From the NCBI GenBank assembly GCA_964057225.1, contig OZ059894.1, forward strand, positions 19,778,001 through 19,842,000: DNA of 64,000 bases. The letters run 5' to 3'. Shown one piece after another: positions 1-15,000 of this stretch. Origin of the DNA: Auanema rhodensis (Eukaryota; Animalia; Nematoda). Position 1 is the first letter of the stretch; each line of letters starts with the position of its first letter. A program made the position numbers and the translations under genes. Under the pieces are notes generated by a model. The model searched no databases and was not told where the DNA came from. It saw only the letters and a list, made by a program, of their open reading frames with translations.

Positions 1-3000
1 AAAATAATTTAGCAAAAAGTAGATGTTTTTAGATTCCTTTTTTCAAGGCAAAGACGATGGACAATGTTATTCAACGAAAAAATTAATTCTTCAGGGTGAA
101 AATCGAGGATATAAGTGTGAACTTATATCAGTTGATATCTCGGTGCATTTTCAAGCTAGCGCAAATCTGATAACACAGATCGACGCAGCTTAAAAATCCG
201 CATCGAATGCACTATACTACATTGAGAAACGCTTAATACAAAAATTAGTTATGATCGTTTGAAAAATGATGCATTAGTGTATGTTGAGTTTCCATGTACA
301 CTCAACATTGCTTCCAAAAACATTTTGACAAAAATTTTTTCGAAAAATTTCAGAATAATTTAGCAAAAAGTAGATGTTTTTAGATTCCATTTTTCAAGGC
401 AAAGACGATGGACAATGTTATTCAACGAAAAAATTAATTCTTCAGGGTGAAAATCGAGGATATAAGTGTGAACTTATATCAGTTGAGATCTCGGTGCATT
501 TTTAAGCTAGCGCAAATCTGATAACACAGAACGACGCAGCTTAAAAATCCGCATCGAATGCACTATACTACATTGAGAAACGCTTAATACAAAAATTAGT
601 TATGATCGTTTGAAAAATGATGCATTAGTGTATGTTGAGTTTCCATGTACACTCAACATTGCTTCCAAAAACATTTTGACAAAAATTTTTTCGAAAAATT
701 TCAAAATAATTTAGCAAAAAGTAGATGTTTTTAGATTCCTTTTTTCAAGGCAAAGACGATGGACAATGTTATTCAACGAAAAAATTAATTCTTCAGGGTG
801 AAAATCGAGGATATAAGTGTGAACTTATATCAGTTGATATCTCGGTGCATTTTCAAGCTAGCGCAAATCTGATAACACAGATCGACGCAGCTTAAAAATC
901 CGCATCGAATGCACTATACTACATTGAGAAACGCTTAATACAAAAATTAGTTATGATCGTTTGAAAAATGATGCATTAGTGTATGTTGAGTTTCCATGTA
1001 CACTCAACATTGCTTCCAAAAACATTTTGACAAAAATTTTTTCGAAAAATTTCGAAATAATTTAGCAAAAAGTAGATGTTTTTAGATTCCATTTTTCAAG
1101 GCAAAGACGATGGACAATGTTATTCAACGAAAAAATTAATTCTTCAGGGTGAAAATCGAGGATATAAGTGTGAACTTATATCAGTTGATATCTCGGTGCA
1201 TTTTTAAGCTAGCGCAAATCTGATAACACAGAACGACGCAGCTTAAAAATCCGCATCGAATGCACTATACTACATTGAGAAACGCTTAATACAAAAATTA
1301 GTTATGATCGTTTGAAAAATGATGCATTAGTGTATGTTGAGTTTCCATGTACACTCAACATTGCTTCCAAAAACATTTTGACAAAAAATTTTTCGAAAAA
1401 TTTCAAAATAATTTAGCAAAAAGTAGATGTTTTTAGATTCCTTTTTTCAAGGCAAAGACGATGGACAATGTTATTCAACGAAAAAATTAATTCTTCAGGG
1501 TGAAAATCGAGGATATAAGTGTGAACTTATATCAGTTGATATCTCGGTGCATTTTCAAGCTAGCGGAAATCTGATAACACAGATCGACGCAGCTTAAAAA
1601 TCCGCATCGAATGCACTATACTACATTGAGAAACGCTTAATACAAAAATTAGTTATGATCGTTTGAAAAATGATGCATTAGTGTATGTTGAGTTTCCATG
1701 TACACTCAACATTGCTTCCAAAAACATTTTGACAAAAATTTTTTCGAAAAATTTCAGAATAATTTAGCAAAAAGTAGATGTTTTTAGATTCCATTTTTCA
1801 AGGCAAAGACGATGGACAATGTTATTCAACGAAAAAATTAATTCTTCAGGGTGAAAATCGAGGATATAAGTGTGAACTTATATCAGTTGAGATCTCGGTG
1901 CATTTTTAAGCTAGCGCAAATCTGATAACACAGAACGACGCAGCTTAAAAATCCGCATCGAATGCACTATACTACATTGAGAAACGCTTAATACAAAAAT
2001 TAGTTATGATCGTTTGAAAAATGATGCATTAGTGTATGTTGAGTTTCCATGTACACTCAACATTGCTTCCAAAAACATTTTGACAGAAATTTTTTCGAAA
2101 AATTTCAGAATAATTTAGCAAAAAGTAGATGTTTTTAGATTCCTTTTTTCAAGGCAAAGACGATGGACAATGTTATTCAACGAAAAAATTAATTCATCAG
2201 GGACAAAATCGAGGATATAAGTGTGAACTTATAACAGTTGATATCTCGGTGCATTTTTAAGCTAGCGCAAATCTGATAACACAGAACGACGCAGCTTAAA
2301 AATCCGCATCGAATGCACTATACTACATTGAGAAACGCTTAATACAAAAATTAGTTATGATCGTTTGAAAAATGATGCATTAGTGTATGTTGAGTTTCCA
2401 TGTACACTCAACATTGCTTCCAAAAACATTTTGACAAAAATTTTTTCGAAAAATTTCAGAATAATTTAGCAAAAAGTAGATGTTTTTAGATTCCATTTTT
2501 CAAGGCAAAGACGATGGACAATGTTATTCAACGAAAAAATTAATTCTTCAGGGTGAAAATCGAGGATATAAGTGTGAACTTATATCAGTTGATATCTCGG
2601 TGCATTTTTAAGCTAGCGCAAATCTGATAACACAGAACGACGCAGCTTAAAAATCCGCATCGAATGCACTATACTACATTGAGAAACGCTTAATACAAAA
2701 ATTAGTTATGATCGTTTGAAAAATGATGCATTAGTGTATGTTGAGTTTCCATGTACACTCAACATTGCTTCCAAAAACATTTTGACAAAAATTTTTTCGA
2801 AAAATTTCAAAATAATTTAGCAAAAAGTAGATGTTTTTAGATTCCTTTTTTCAAGGCAAAGACGATGGACAATGTTATTCAACGAAAAAAATAATTCTTC
2901 AGGGTGAAAATCGAGGATATAAGTGTGAACTTATATCAGTTGATATCTCGGTGCATTTTTAAGCTAGCGCAAATCTGATAACACAGATCGACGCAGCTTA

Positions 3001-6000
3001 AAAATCCGCATCGAATGCACTATACTACATTGAGAAACGCTTAATACAAAAATTAGTTATGATCGTTTGAAAAATGATGCATTAGTGTATGTTGAGTTTC
3101 CATGTACACTCAACATTGCTTCCAAAAACATTTTGACAAAAATTTTTTCGAAAAATTTCAAAATAATTTAGCAAAAAGTAGATGTTTTTAGATTCCTTCT
3201 TTCAAGGCAAAGACGATGGACAATGTTATTCAACGAAAAAATTAATTCTTCAGGGTGAAAATCGAGGATATAAGTGTGAACTTATATCAGTTGATATCTC
3301 GGTGCATTTTTAAGCTAGCGCAAATCTGATAACACAGATCGACGCAGCTTAAAAATCCGCATCGAATGCACTATACTACATTGAGAAACGCTTAATACAA
3401 AAATTAGTTATGATCGTTTGAAAAATGATGCATTAGTGTATGTTGAGTTTCCATGTACACTCAACATTGCTTCCAAAAACATTTTGACAAAAAATTTTTC
3501 GAAAAATTTCAAAATAATTTAGCAAAAAGTAGATGTTTTTAGATTCCTTTTTTCAAGGCAAAGACGATGGACAATGTTATTCAACGAAAAAATTAATTCT
3601 TCAGGGTGAAAATCGAGGATATAAGTGTGAACTTATATCAGTTGATATCTCGGTGCATTTTTAAGCTAGCGCAAATCTGATAACACAGAACGACGCAGCT
3701 TAAAAATTCGCATCGAATGCACTATACTACATTGAAAAACGCTTAATACAAAAATTAGTTATGATCGTTTGAAAAATGATGCATTAGTGTATGTTGAGTT
3801 TCCATGTACACTCAACATTGCTTCCAAAAACATTTTGACAAAAATTTTTTCGAAAAATTTCAGAATAATTTAGCAAAAAGTAGATGTTTTTAGATTCCAT
3901 TTTTCAAGGCAAAGACGATGGACAATGTTATTCAACGAAAAAATTAATTCTTCAGGGTGAAAATCGAGGATATAAGTGTGAACTTATATCAGTTGATATC
4001 TCGGTGCATTTTTAAGCTAGCGCAAATCTGATAACACAGAACGACGCAGCTTAAAAATCCGCATCGAATGCACTATACTACATTGAGAAACGTTTAATAC
4101 AAAAATTAGTTATGATCGTTTGAAAAATGATGCATTAGTGTATGTTGAGTTTCCATGTACACTCAACATTGCTTCCAAAAACATTTTGACAAAAAAGTTT
4201 TCGAAAAATTTCAAAATAATTTAGCAAAAAGTAGATGTTTTTAGATTCCTTTTTTCAAGGCAAAGACGATGGACAATGTTATTCAACGAAAAAATTAATT
4301 CTTCAGGGTGAAAATCGAGGATATAAGTGTGAACTTATATCAGTTGATATCTCGGTGCATTTTTAAGCTAGCGCAAATCTGATAACACAGAACGACGCAG
4401 CTTAAAAATTCGCATCGAATGCACTATACTACATTGAAAAACGCTTAATACAAAAATTAGTTATGATCGTTTGAAAAATGATGCATTAGTGTATGTTGAG
4501 TTTCCATGTACACTCAACATTGCTTCCAAAAACATTTTGACAAAAATTTTTTCGAAAAATTTCAGAATAATTTAGCAAAAAGTAGATGTTTTTAGATTCC
4601 ATTTTTCAAGGCAAAGACGATGGACAATGTTATTCAACGAAAAAATTAATTCTTCAGGGTGAAAATCGAGAATATAAGTGTGAACTTATATCAGTTGATA
4701 TCTCGGTGCATTTTTAAGCTAGCGCAAATCTGATAACACAGAACGACGCAGCTTAAAAATCCGCATCGAATGCACTATACTACATTGAGAAACGTTTAAT
4801 ACAAAAATTAGTTATGATCGTTTGAAAAATGATGCATTAGTGTATGTTGAGTTTCCATGTACACTCAACATTGCTTCCAAAAACATTTTGACAAAAAATT
4901 TTTCGAAAAATTTCAAAATAATTTAGCAAAAAGTAGATGTTTTTAGATTCCTTTTTTCAAGGCAAAGACGATGGACAATGTTATTCAACGAAAAAATTAA
5001 TTCTTCAGGGTGAAAATCGAGGATATAAGTGTGAACTTATATCAGTTGATATCTCGGTGCATTTTTAAGCTAGCGCAAATCTGATAACACAGAACGACGC
5101 AGCTTAAAAATTCGCATCGAATGCACTATACTACATTGAAAAACGCTTAATACAAAAATTAGTTATGATCGTTTGAAAAATGATGCATTAGTGTATGTTG
5201 AGTTTCCATGTACACTCAACATTGCTTCCAAAAACATTTTGACAAAAATTTTTTCGAAAAATTTCAGAATAATTTAGCAAAAAGTAGATGTTTTTAGATT
5301 CCATTTTTCAAGGCAAAGACGATGGACAATGTTATTCAACGAAAAAATTAATTCTTCAGGGTGAAAATCGAGAATATAAGTGTGAACTTATATCAGTTGA
5401 TATCTCGGTGCATTTTTAAGCTAGCGCAAATCTGATAACACAGAACGACGCAGCTTAAAAATCCGCATCGAATGCACTATACTACATTGAGAAACGCTTA
5501 ATACAAAAATTAGTTATGATCGTTTGAAAAATGATGCATTAGTGTATGTTGAGTTTCCATGTACACTCAACATTGCTTCCAAAAACATTTTGACAAAAAT
5601 TTTTTCGAAAAATTTCAGAATAATTTAGCAAAAAGTAGATGTTTTTAGATTCCATTTTTCAAGGCAAAGACGATGGACAATGTTATTCAACGAAAAAATT
5701 AATTCTTCAGGGTGAAAATCGAGGATATAAGTGTGAACTTATATCAGTTGATATCTCGGTGCATTTTCAAGCTAGCGCAAATCTGATAACACAGATCGAC
5801 GCAGCTTAAAAATCCGCATCGAATGCACTATACTACATTGAGAAACGCTTAATACAAAAATTAGTTATGATCGTTTGAAAAATGATGCGTTAGTGTATGT
5901 TGAGTTTCCATGTACACTCAACATTGCTTCCAAAAACATTTTGACAAAAATTTTTTCGAAAAATTTCGAAATAATTTAGCAAAAAGTAGATGTTTTTAGA

Positions 6001-9000
6001 TTCCATTTTTCATGGCAAAGACGATGGACAATGTTATTCAACGAAAAAATTAATTCTTCAGGGTGAAAATCGAGGATATAAGTGTGAACTTATATCAGTT
6101 GATATCTCGGTGCATTTTTAAGCTAGCGCAAATCTGATAACACAGATCGACGCAGCTTAAAAATCCGCATCGAATGCACTATACTACATTGAGAAACGCT
6201 TAATACAAAAATAAGTTATGATCGTTTGAAAAATGATGCATTAGTGTATGTTGAGTTTCCATGTACACTCAACATTGCTTCCAAAAACATTTTGACAAAA
6301 ATTTTTTCGAAAAATTTCAGAATAATTTAGCAAAAAGTAGATGTTTTTAGATTCCATTTTTCAAGGCAAAGACGATGAACAATGTTATTCAACGAAAAAA
6401 TTAATTCTTCAGGGTGAAAATCGAGGATATAAGTGTGAACTTATATCAGTTGATATCTCGGTGCATTTTTAAGCTAGCGCAAATCTGATAACACAGAACG
6501 ACGCAGCTTAAAAATTCGCATCGAATGCACTATACTACATTGAGAAACGCTTAATACAAAAATTAGTTATGATCGTTTGAAAAATGATGCATTAGTGTAT
6601 GTTGAGTTTCCATGTACACTCAACATTGCTTCCAAAAACATTTTGACAAAAATTTTTTCGAAAAATTTCAGAATAATTTAGCAAAAAGTAGATGTTTTTA
6701 GATTCCATTTTTCAAGGCAAAGACGATGAACAATGTTATTCAACGAAAAAATTAATTCTTCAGGGTGAAAATCGAGGATATAAGTGTGAACTTATATCAG
6801 TTGATATCTCGGTGCATTTTTAAGCTAGCGCAAATCTGATAACACAGAACGACGCAGCTTAAAAATTCGCATCGAATGCACTATACTACATTGAGAAACG
6901 CTTAATACAAAAATTAGTTATGATCGTTTGAAAAATGATGCATTAGTGTATGTTGAGTTTCCATGTACACTCAACATTGCTTCCAAAAACATTTTGACAA
7001 AAATTTTTTCGAAAAATTTCAAAATAATTTAGCAAAAAGTAGATGTTTTTAGATTCCTTTTTTCAAGGCAAAGACGATGGACAATGTTATTCAACGAAAA
7101 ATATAATTCTTCAGGGTGAAAATCGAGGATATAAGTGTGAACTTATATCAGTTGATATCTCGGTGCATTTTTAAGCTAGCGCAAATCTGATAACACAGAT
7201 CGACGCAGCTTAAAAATCCGCATCGAATGCACTATACTACATTGAGAAACGCTTAATACAAAAATTAGTTATGATCGTTTGAAAAATGATGCATTAGTGT
7301 ATGTTGAGTTTCCATGTACACTCAACATTGCTTCCAAAAACATTTTGACAAAAATTTTTTCGAAAAATTTCGAAATAATTTAGCAAAAAGTAGATGTTTT
7401 TAGATTCCATTTTTCAAGGCAAAGACGATGGACAATGTTATTCAACGAAAAAATTAATTCTTCAGGGTGAAAATCGAGGATATAAGTGTGAACTTATATC
7501 AGTTGATATCTCGGTGCATTTTTAAGCTAGCGCAAATCTGATAACACAGATCGACGCAGCTTAAAAATCCGCATCGAATGCACTATACTACATTGAGAAA
7601 CGCTTAATACAAAAATTAGTTATGATCGTTTGAAAAATGATGCATTAGTGTATGTTGAGTTTCCATGTACACTCAACATTGCTTCCAAAAACATTTTGAC
7701 AAAAATTTTTTCGAAAAATTTCAGAATAATTTAGCAAAAAGTAGATGTTTTTAGATTCCATTTTTCAAGGCAAAGACGATGGACAATGTTATTCAACGAA
7801 AAAATTAATTCTTCAGGGTGAAAATCGAGGATATAAGTGTGAACTTATATCAGTTGATATCTCGGTGCATTTTTAAGCTAGCGCAAATCTGATAACACAG
7901 AACGACGCAGCTTAAAAATCCGCATCGAATGCACTATACTACATTGAGAAACGTTTAATACAAAAATTAGTTATGATCGTTTGAAAAATGATGCATTAGT
8001 GTATGTTGAGTTTCCATGTACACTCAACATTGCTTCCAAAAACATTTTGACAAAAAATTTTTCGAAAAATTTCAAAATAATTTAGCAAAAAGTAGATGTT
8101 TTTAGATTCCTTTTTTCAAGGCAAAGACGATGGACAATGTTATTCAACGAAAAAATTAATTCTTCAGGGTGAAAATCGAGGATATAAGTGTGAACTTATA
8201 TCAGTTGATATCTCGGTGCATTTTTAAGCTAGCGCAAATCTGATAACACAGAACGACGCAGCTTAAAAATTCGCATCGAATGCACTATACTACATTGAAA
8301 AACGCTTAATACAAAAATTAGTTATGATCGTTTGAAAAATGATGCATTAGTGTATGTTGAGTTTCCATGTACACTCAACATTGCTTCCAAAAACATTTTG
8401 ACAAAAATTTTTTCGAAAAATTTCAGAATAATTTAGCAAAAAGTAGATGTTTTTAGATTCCATTTTTCAAGGCAAAGACGATGGACAATGTTATTCAACG
8501 AAAAAATTAATTCTTCAGGGTGAAAATCGAGAATATAAGTGTGAACTTATATCAGTTGATATCTCGGTGCATTTTTAAGCTAGCGCAAATCTGATAACAC
8601 AGAACGACGCAGCTTAAAAATCCGCATCGAATGCACTATACTACATTGAGAAACGCTTAATACAAAAATTAGTTATGATCGTTTGAAAAATGATGCATTA
8701 GTGTATGTTGAGTTTCCATGTACACTCAACATTGCTTCCAAAAACATTTTGACAAAAATTTTTTCGAAAAATTTCGAAATAATTTAGCAAAAAGTAGATG
8801 TTTTTAGATTCCATTTTTCATGGCAAAGACGATGGACAATGTTATTCAACGAAAAAATTAATTCTTCAGGGTGAAAATCGAGGATATAAGTGTGAACTTA
8901 TATCAGTTGATATCTCGGTGCATTTTTAAGCTAGCGCAAATCTGATAACACAGAACGACGCAGCTTAAAAATCCGCATCGAATGCACTATACTACATTGA

Positions 9001-12000
9001 GAAACGCTTAATACAAAAATTAGTTATGATCGTTTGAAAAATGATGCGTTAGTGTATGTTGAGTTTCCATGTACACTCAACATTGCTTCCAAAAACATTT
9101 TGACAAAAATTTTTTCGAAAAATTTCGAAATAATTTAGCAAAAAGTAGATGTTTTTAGATTCCATTTTTCATGGCAAAGACGATGGACAATGTTATTCAA
9201 CGAAAAAATTAATTCTTCAGGGTGAAAATCGAGGATATAAGTGTGAACTTATATCAGTTGATATCTCGGTGCATTTTTAAGCTAGCGCAAATCTGATAAC
9301 ACAGATCGACGCAGCTTAAAAATCCGCATCGAATGCACTATACTACATTGAGAAACGCTTAATACAAAAATAAGTTATGATCGTTTGAAAAATGATGCAT
9401 TAGTGTATGTTGAGTTTCCATGTACACTCAACATTGCTTCCAAAAACATTTTGACAAAAATTTTTTCGAAAAATTTCAGAATAATTTAGCAAAAAGTAGA
9501 TGTTTTTAGATTCCATTTTTCAAGGCAAAGACGATGAACAATGTTATTCAACGAAAAAATTAATTCTTCAGGGTGAAAATCGAGGATATAAGTGTGAACT
9601 TATATCAGTTGATATCTCGGTGCATTTTTAAGCTAGCGCAAATCTGATAACACAGAACGACGCAGCTTAAAAATTCGCATCGAATGCACTATACTACATT
9701 GAGAAACGCTTAATACAAAAATTAGTTATGATCGTTTGAAAAATGATGCATTAGTGTATGTTGAGTTTCCATGTACACTCAACATTGCTTCCAAAAACAT
9801 TTTGACAAAAATTTTTTCGAAAAATTTCAGAATAATTTAGCAAAAAGTAGATGTTTTTAGATTCCATTTTTCAAGGCAAAGACGATGAACAATGTTATTC
9901 AAAAAAAAAATTAATTCTTCAGGGTGAAAATCGAGGATATAAGTGTGAACTTATATCAGTTGATATCTCGGTGCATTTTTAAGCTAGCGCAAATCTGATA
10001 ACACAGAACGACGCAGCTTAAAAATTCGCATCGAATGCACTATACTACATTGAGAAACGCTTAATACAAAAATTAGTTATGATCGTTTGAAAAATGATGC
10101 ATTAGTGTATGTTGAGTTTCCATGTACACTCAACATTGCTTCCAAAAACATTTTGACAAAAATTTTTTCGAAAAATTTCAAAATAATTTAGCAAAAAGTA
10201 GATGTTTTTAGATTCCTTTTTTCAAGGCAAAGACGATGGACAATGTTATTCAACGAAAAATATAATTCTTCAGGGTGAAAATCGAGGATATAAGTGTGAA
10301 CTTATATCAGTTGATATCTCGGTGCATTTTTAAGCTAGCGCAAATCTGATAACACAGATCGACGCAGCTTAAAAATCCGCATCGAATGCACTATACTACA
10401 TTGAGAAACGCTTAATACAAAAATTAGTTATGATCGTTTGAAAAATGATGCATTAGTGTATGTTGAGTTTCCATGTACACTCAACATTGCTTCCAAAAAC
10501 ATTTTGACAAAAATTTTTTCGAAAAATTTCGAAATAATTTAGCAAAAAGTAGATGTTTTTAGATTCCATTTTTCAAGGCAAAGACGATGGACAATGTTAT
10601 TCAACGAAAAAATTAATTCTTCAGGGTGAAAATCGAGGATATAAGTGTGAACTTATATCAGTTGATATCTCGGTGCATTTTTAAGCTAGCGCAAATCTGA
10701 TAACACAGATCGACGCAGCTTAAAAATCCGCATCGAATGCACTATACTACATTGAGAAACGCTTAATACAAAAATTAGTTATGATCGTTTGAAAAATGAT
10801 GCATTAGTGTATGTTGAGTTTCCATGTACACTCAACATTGCTTCCAAAAACATTTTGACAAAAATTTTTTCGAAAAATTTCAGAATAATTTAGCAAAAAG
10901 TAGATGTTTTTAGATTCCATTTTTTAAGGCAAAGACGATGGACAATGTTATTCAACGAAAAAATTAATTCTTCAGGGTGAAAATCGAGGATATAAGTGTG
11001 AACTTATATCAGTTGAGATCTCGGTGCATTTTTAAGCTAGCGCAAATCTGATAACACAGAACGACGCAGCTTAAAAATCCGCATCGAATGCACTATACTA
11101 CATTGAGAAACGCTTAATACAAAATTTAGTTATGATCGTTTGAAAAATGATGCATTAGTGTATGTTGAGTTTCCATGTACACTCAACATTGCTTCCAAAA
11201 ACATTTTGACAAAAATTTTTTCGAAAAATTTCAGAATAATTTAGCAAAAAGTAGATGTTTTTAGATTCCTTTTTTCAAGGCAAAGACGATGGACAATGTT
11301 ATTCAACGAAAAAATTAATTCTTCAGGGTGAAAATCGAGGATATAAGTGTGAACTTATATCAGTTGATATCTCGGTGCATTTTTAAGCTAGCGCAAATCT
11401 GATAACACAGAACGACGCAGCTTAAAAATCCGCATCGAATGCACTATACTACATTGAGAAACGCTTAATACAAAAATTAGTTATGATCGTTTGAAAAATG
11501 ATGCATTAGTGTATGTTGAGTTTCCATGTACACTCAACATTGCTTCCAAAAACATTTTGACAAAAATTTTTTCGAAAAATTTCAGAATAATTTAGCAAAA
11601 AGTAGATGTTTTTAGATTCCATTTTTCAAGGCAAAGACGATGGACAATGTTATTCAACGAAAAAATTACATCTTCAGGGTGAAAATCGAGGATATATGTG
11701 TGAACTTATATCAGTTGATATCTCGGTGCATTTTTAAGCTAGCGCAAATCTGATAACACAGATCGACGCAGCTTAAAAATCCGCATCGAATGCACTATAC
11801 TACATTGAGAAACGCTTAATACAAAAATTAGTTATGATCGTTTGAAAAATGATGCGTTAGTGTATGTTGAGTTTCCATGTACACTCAACATTGCTTCCAA
11901 AAACATTTTGACAAAAATTTTTTCGAAAAATTTCAAAATAATTTAGCAAAAAGTAGATGTTTTTAGATTCCATTTTTTAAGGCAAAGACGATGGACAATG

Positions 12001-15000
12001 TTATTCAACGAAAAAATTAATTCTTCAGGGTGAAAATCGAGGATATAAGTGTGAACTTATATCAGTTGATATCTCGGTGCATTTTTAAGCTAGCGCAAAT
12101 CTGATAACACAGAACGACGCAGCTTAAAAATCCGCATCGAATGCACTATACTACATTGAGAAACGCTTAATACAAAAATTAGTTATGATCGTTTGAAAAA
12201 TGATGCATTAGTGTATGTTGAGTTTCCATGTACACTCAACATTGCTTCCAAAAACATTTTGACAAAAATTTTTTCGAAAAATTTCAAAATAATTTAGCAA
12301 AAAGTAGATGTTTTTAGATTCCTTTTTTCAAGGCAAAGACGATGGACAATGTTATTCAACGAAAAAATTAATTCTTCAGGGTGAAAATCGAGGATATAAG
12401 TGTGAACTTATATCAGTTGATATCTCGGTGCATTTTCAAGCTAGCGCAAATCTGATAACACAGATCGACGCAGCTTAAAAATCCGCATCGAATGCACTAT
12501 ACTACATTGAGAAACGCTTAATACAAAAATTAGTTATGATCGTTTGAAAAATGATGCATTAGTGTATGTTGAGTTTCCATGTACACTCAACATTGCTTCC
12601 AAAAACATTTTGACAAAAATTTTTTCGAAAAATTTCGAAATAATTTAGCAAAAAGTAGATGTTTTTAGATTCCATTTTTCAAGGCAAAGACGATGGACAA
12701 TGTTATTCAACGAAAAAATTAATTCTTCAGGGTGAAAATCGAGGATATAAGTGTGAACTTATATCAGTTGATATCTCGGTGCATTTTTAAGCTAGCGCAA
12801 ATCTGATAACACAGAACGACGCAGCTTAAAAATCCGCATCGAATGCACTATACTACATTGAGAAACGCTTAATACAAAAATTAGTTATGATCGTTTGAAA
12901 AATGATGCATTAGTGTATGTTGAGTTTCCATGTACACTCAACATTGCTTCCAAAAACATTTTGACAAAAAATTTTTCGAAAAATTTCAAAATAATTTAGC
13001 AAAAAGTAGATGTTTTTAGATTCCTTTTTTCAAGGCAAAGACGATGGACAATGTTATTCAACGAAAAAATTAATTCTTCAGGGTGAAAATCGAGGATATA
13101 AGTGTGAACTTATATCAGTTGATATCTCGGTGCATTTTTAAGCTAGCGCAAATCTGATAACACAGAACGACGCAGCTTAAAAATTCGCATCGAATGCACT
13201 ATACTACATTGAAAAACGCTTAATACAAAAATTAGTTATGATCGTTTGAAAAATGATGCATTAGTGTATGTTGAGTTTCCATGTACACTCAACATTGCTT
13301 CCAAAAACATTTTGACAAAAATTTTTTCGAAAAATTTCAGAATAATTTAGCAAAAAGTAGATGTTTTTAGATTCCATTTCTCAAGGCAAAGACGATGGAC
13401 AATGTTATTCAACGAAAAAATTAATTCTTCAGGGTGAAAATCGAGAATATAAGTGTGAACTTATATCAGTTGATATCTCGGTGCATTTTTAAGCTAGCGC
13501 AAATCTGATAACACAGAACGACGCAGCTTAAAAATCCGCATCGAATGCACTATACTACATTGAGAAACGCTTAATACAAAAATTAGTTATGATCGTTTGA
13601 AAAATGATGCATTAGTGTATGTTGAGTTTCCATGTACACTCAACATTGCTTCCAAAAACATTTTGACAAAAATTTTTTCGAAAAATTTCAAAATAATTTA
13701 GCAAAAAGTAGATGTTTTTAGATTCCTTTTTTCAAGGCAAAGACGATGGACAATGTTATTCAACGAAAAAATTAATTCTTCAGGGTGAAAATCGAGGATA
13801 TAAGTGTGAACTTATATCAGTTGATATCTCGGTGCATTTTTAAGCTAGCGCAAATCTGATAACACAGATCGACGCAGCTTAAAAATCCGCATCGAATGCA
13901 CTATACTACATTGAGAAACGCTTAATACAAAAATTAGTTATGATCGTTTGAAAAATGATGCATTAGTGTATGTTGAGTTTCCATGTACACTCAACATTGC
14001 TTCCAAAAACATTTTGACAAAAATTTTTTCGAAAAATTTCAAAATAATTTAGCAAAAAGTAGATGTTTTTAGATTCCATTTTTTAAGGCAAAGACGATGG
14101 ACAATGTTATTCAACGAAAAAATTAATTCTTCAGGGTGAAAATCGAGGATATAAGTGTGAACTTATATCAGTTGATATCTCGGTGCATTTTTAAGCTAGC
14201 GCAAATCTGATAACACAGAACGACGCAGCTTAAAAATCCGCATCGAATGCACTATACTACATTGAGAAACGCTTAATACAAAAATTAGTTATGATCGTTT
14301 GAAAAATGATGCATTAGTGTATGTTGAGTTTCCATGTACACTCAACATTGCTTCCAAAAACATTTTGACAAAAATTTTTTCGAAAAATTTCAAAATAATT
14401 TAGCAAAAAGTAGATGTTTTTAGATTCCTTTTTTCAAGGCAAAGACGATGGACAATGTTATTCAACGAAAAAATTAATTCTTCAGGGTGAAAATCGAGGA
14501 TATAAGTGTGAACTTATATCAGTTGATATCTCGGTGCATTTTCAAGCTAGCGCAAATCTGATAACACAGATCGACGCAGCTTAAAAATCCGCATCGAATG
14601 CACTATACTACATTGAGAAACGCTTAATACAAAAATTAGTTATGATCGTTTGAAAAATGATGCATTAGTGTATGTTGAGTTTCCATGTACACTCAACATT
14701 GCTTCCAAAAACATTTTGACAAAAATTTTTTCGAAAAATTTCGAAATAATTTAGCAAAAAGTAGATGTTTTTAGATTCCATTTTTCAAGGCAAAGACGAT
14801 GGACAATGTTATTCAACGAAAAAATTAATTCTTCAGGGTGAAAATCGAGGATATAAGTGTGAACTTATATCAGTTGATATCTCGGTGCATTTTTAAGCTA
14901 GCGCAAATCTGATAACACAGAACGACGCAGCTTAAAAATCCGCATCGAATGCACTATACTACATTGAGAAACGCTTAATACAAAAATTAGTTATGATCGT

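Noticed and set aside
1-351. Tandem RNA-gene cluster (5S, spliced leader, tRNA, snRNA)
   Set aside because: I could not recognise 5S, SL1, tRNA cloverleaf or A/B-box sequence. An Rfam/Infernal scan would be needed to exclude a divergent ncRNA.
1-351. Monomer as an ancient dimer of about 175-bp subunits
   Set aside because: Only short A-tract similarities (AAAAATTA.TT at about 77 and 240) were visible, with no convincing alignment of the two halves.
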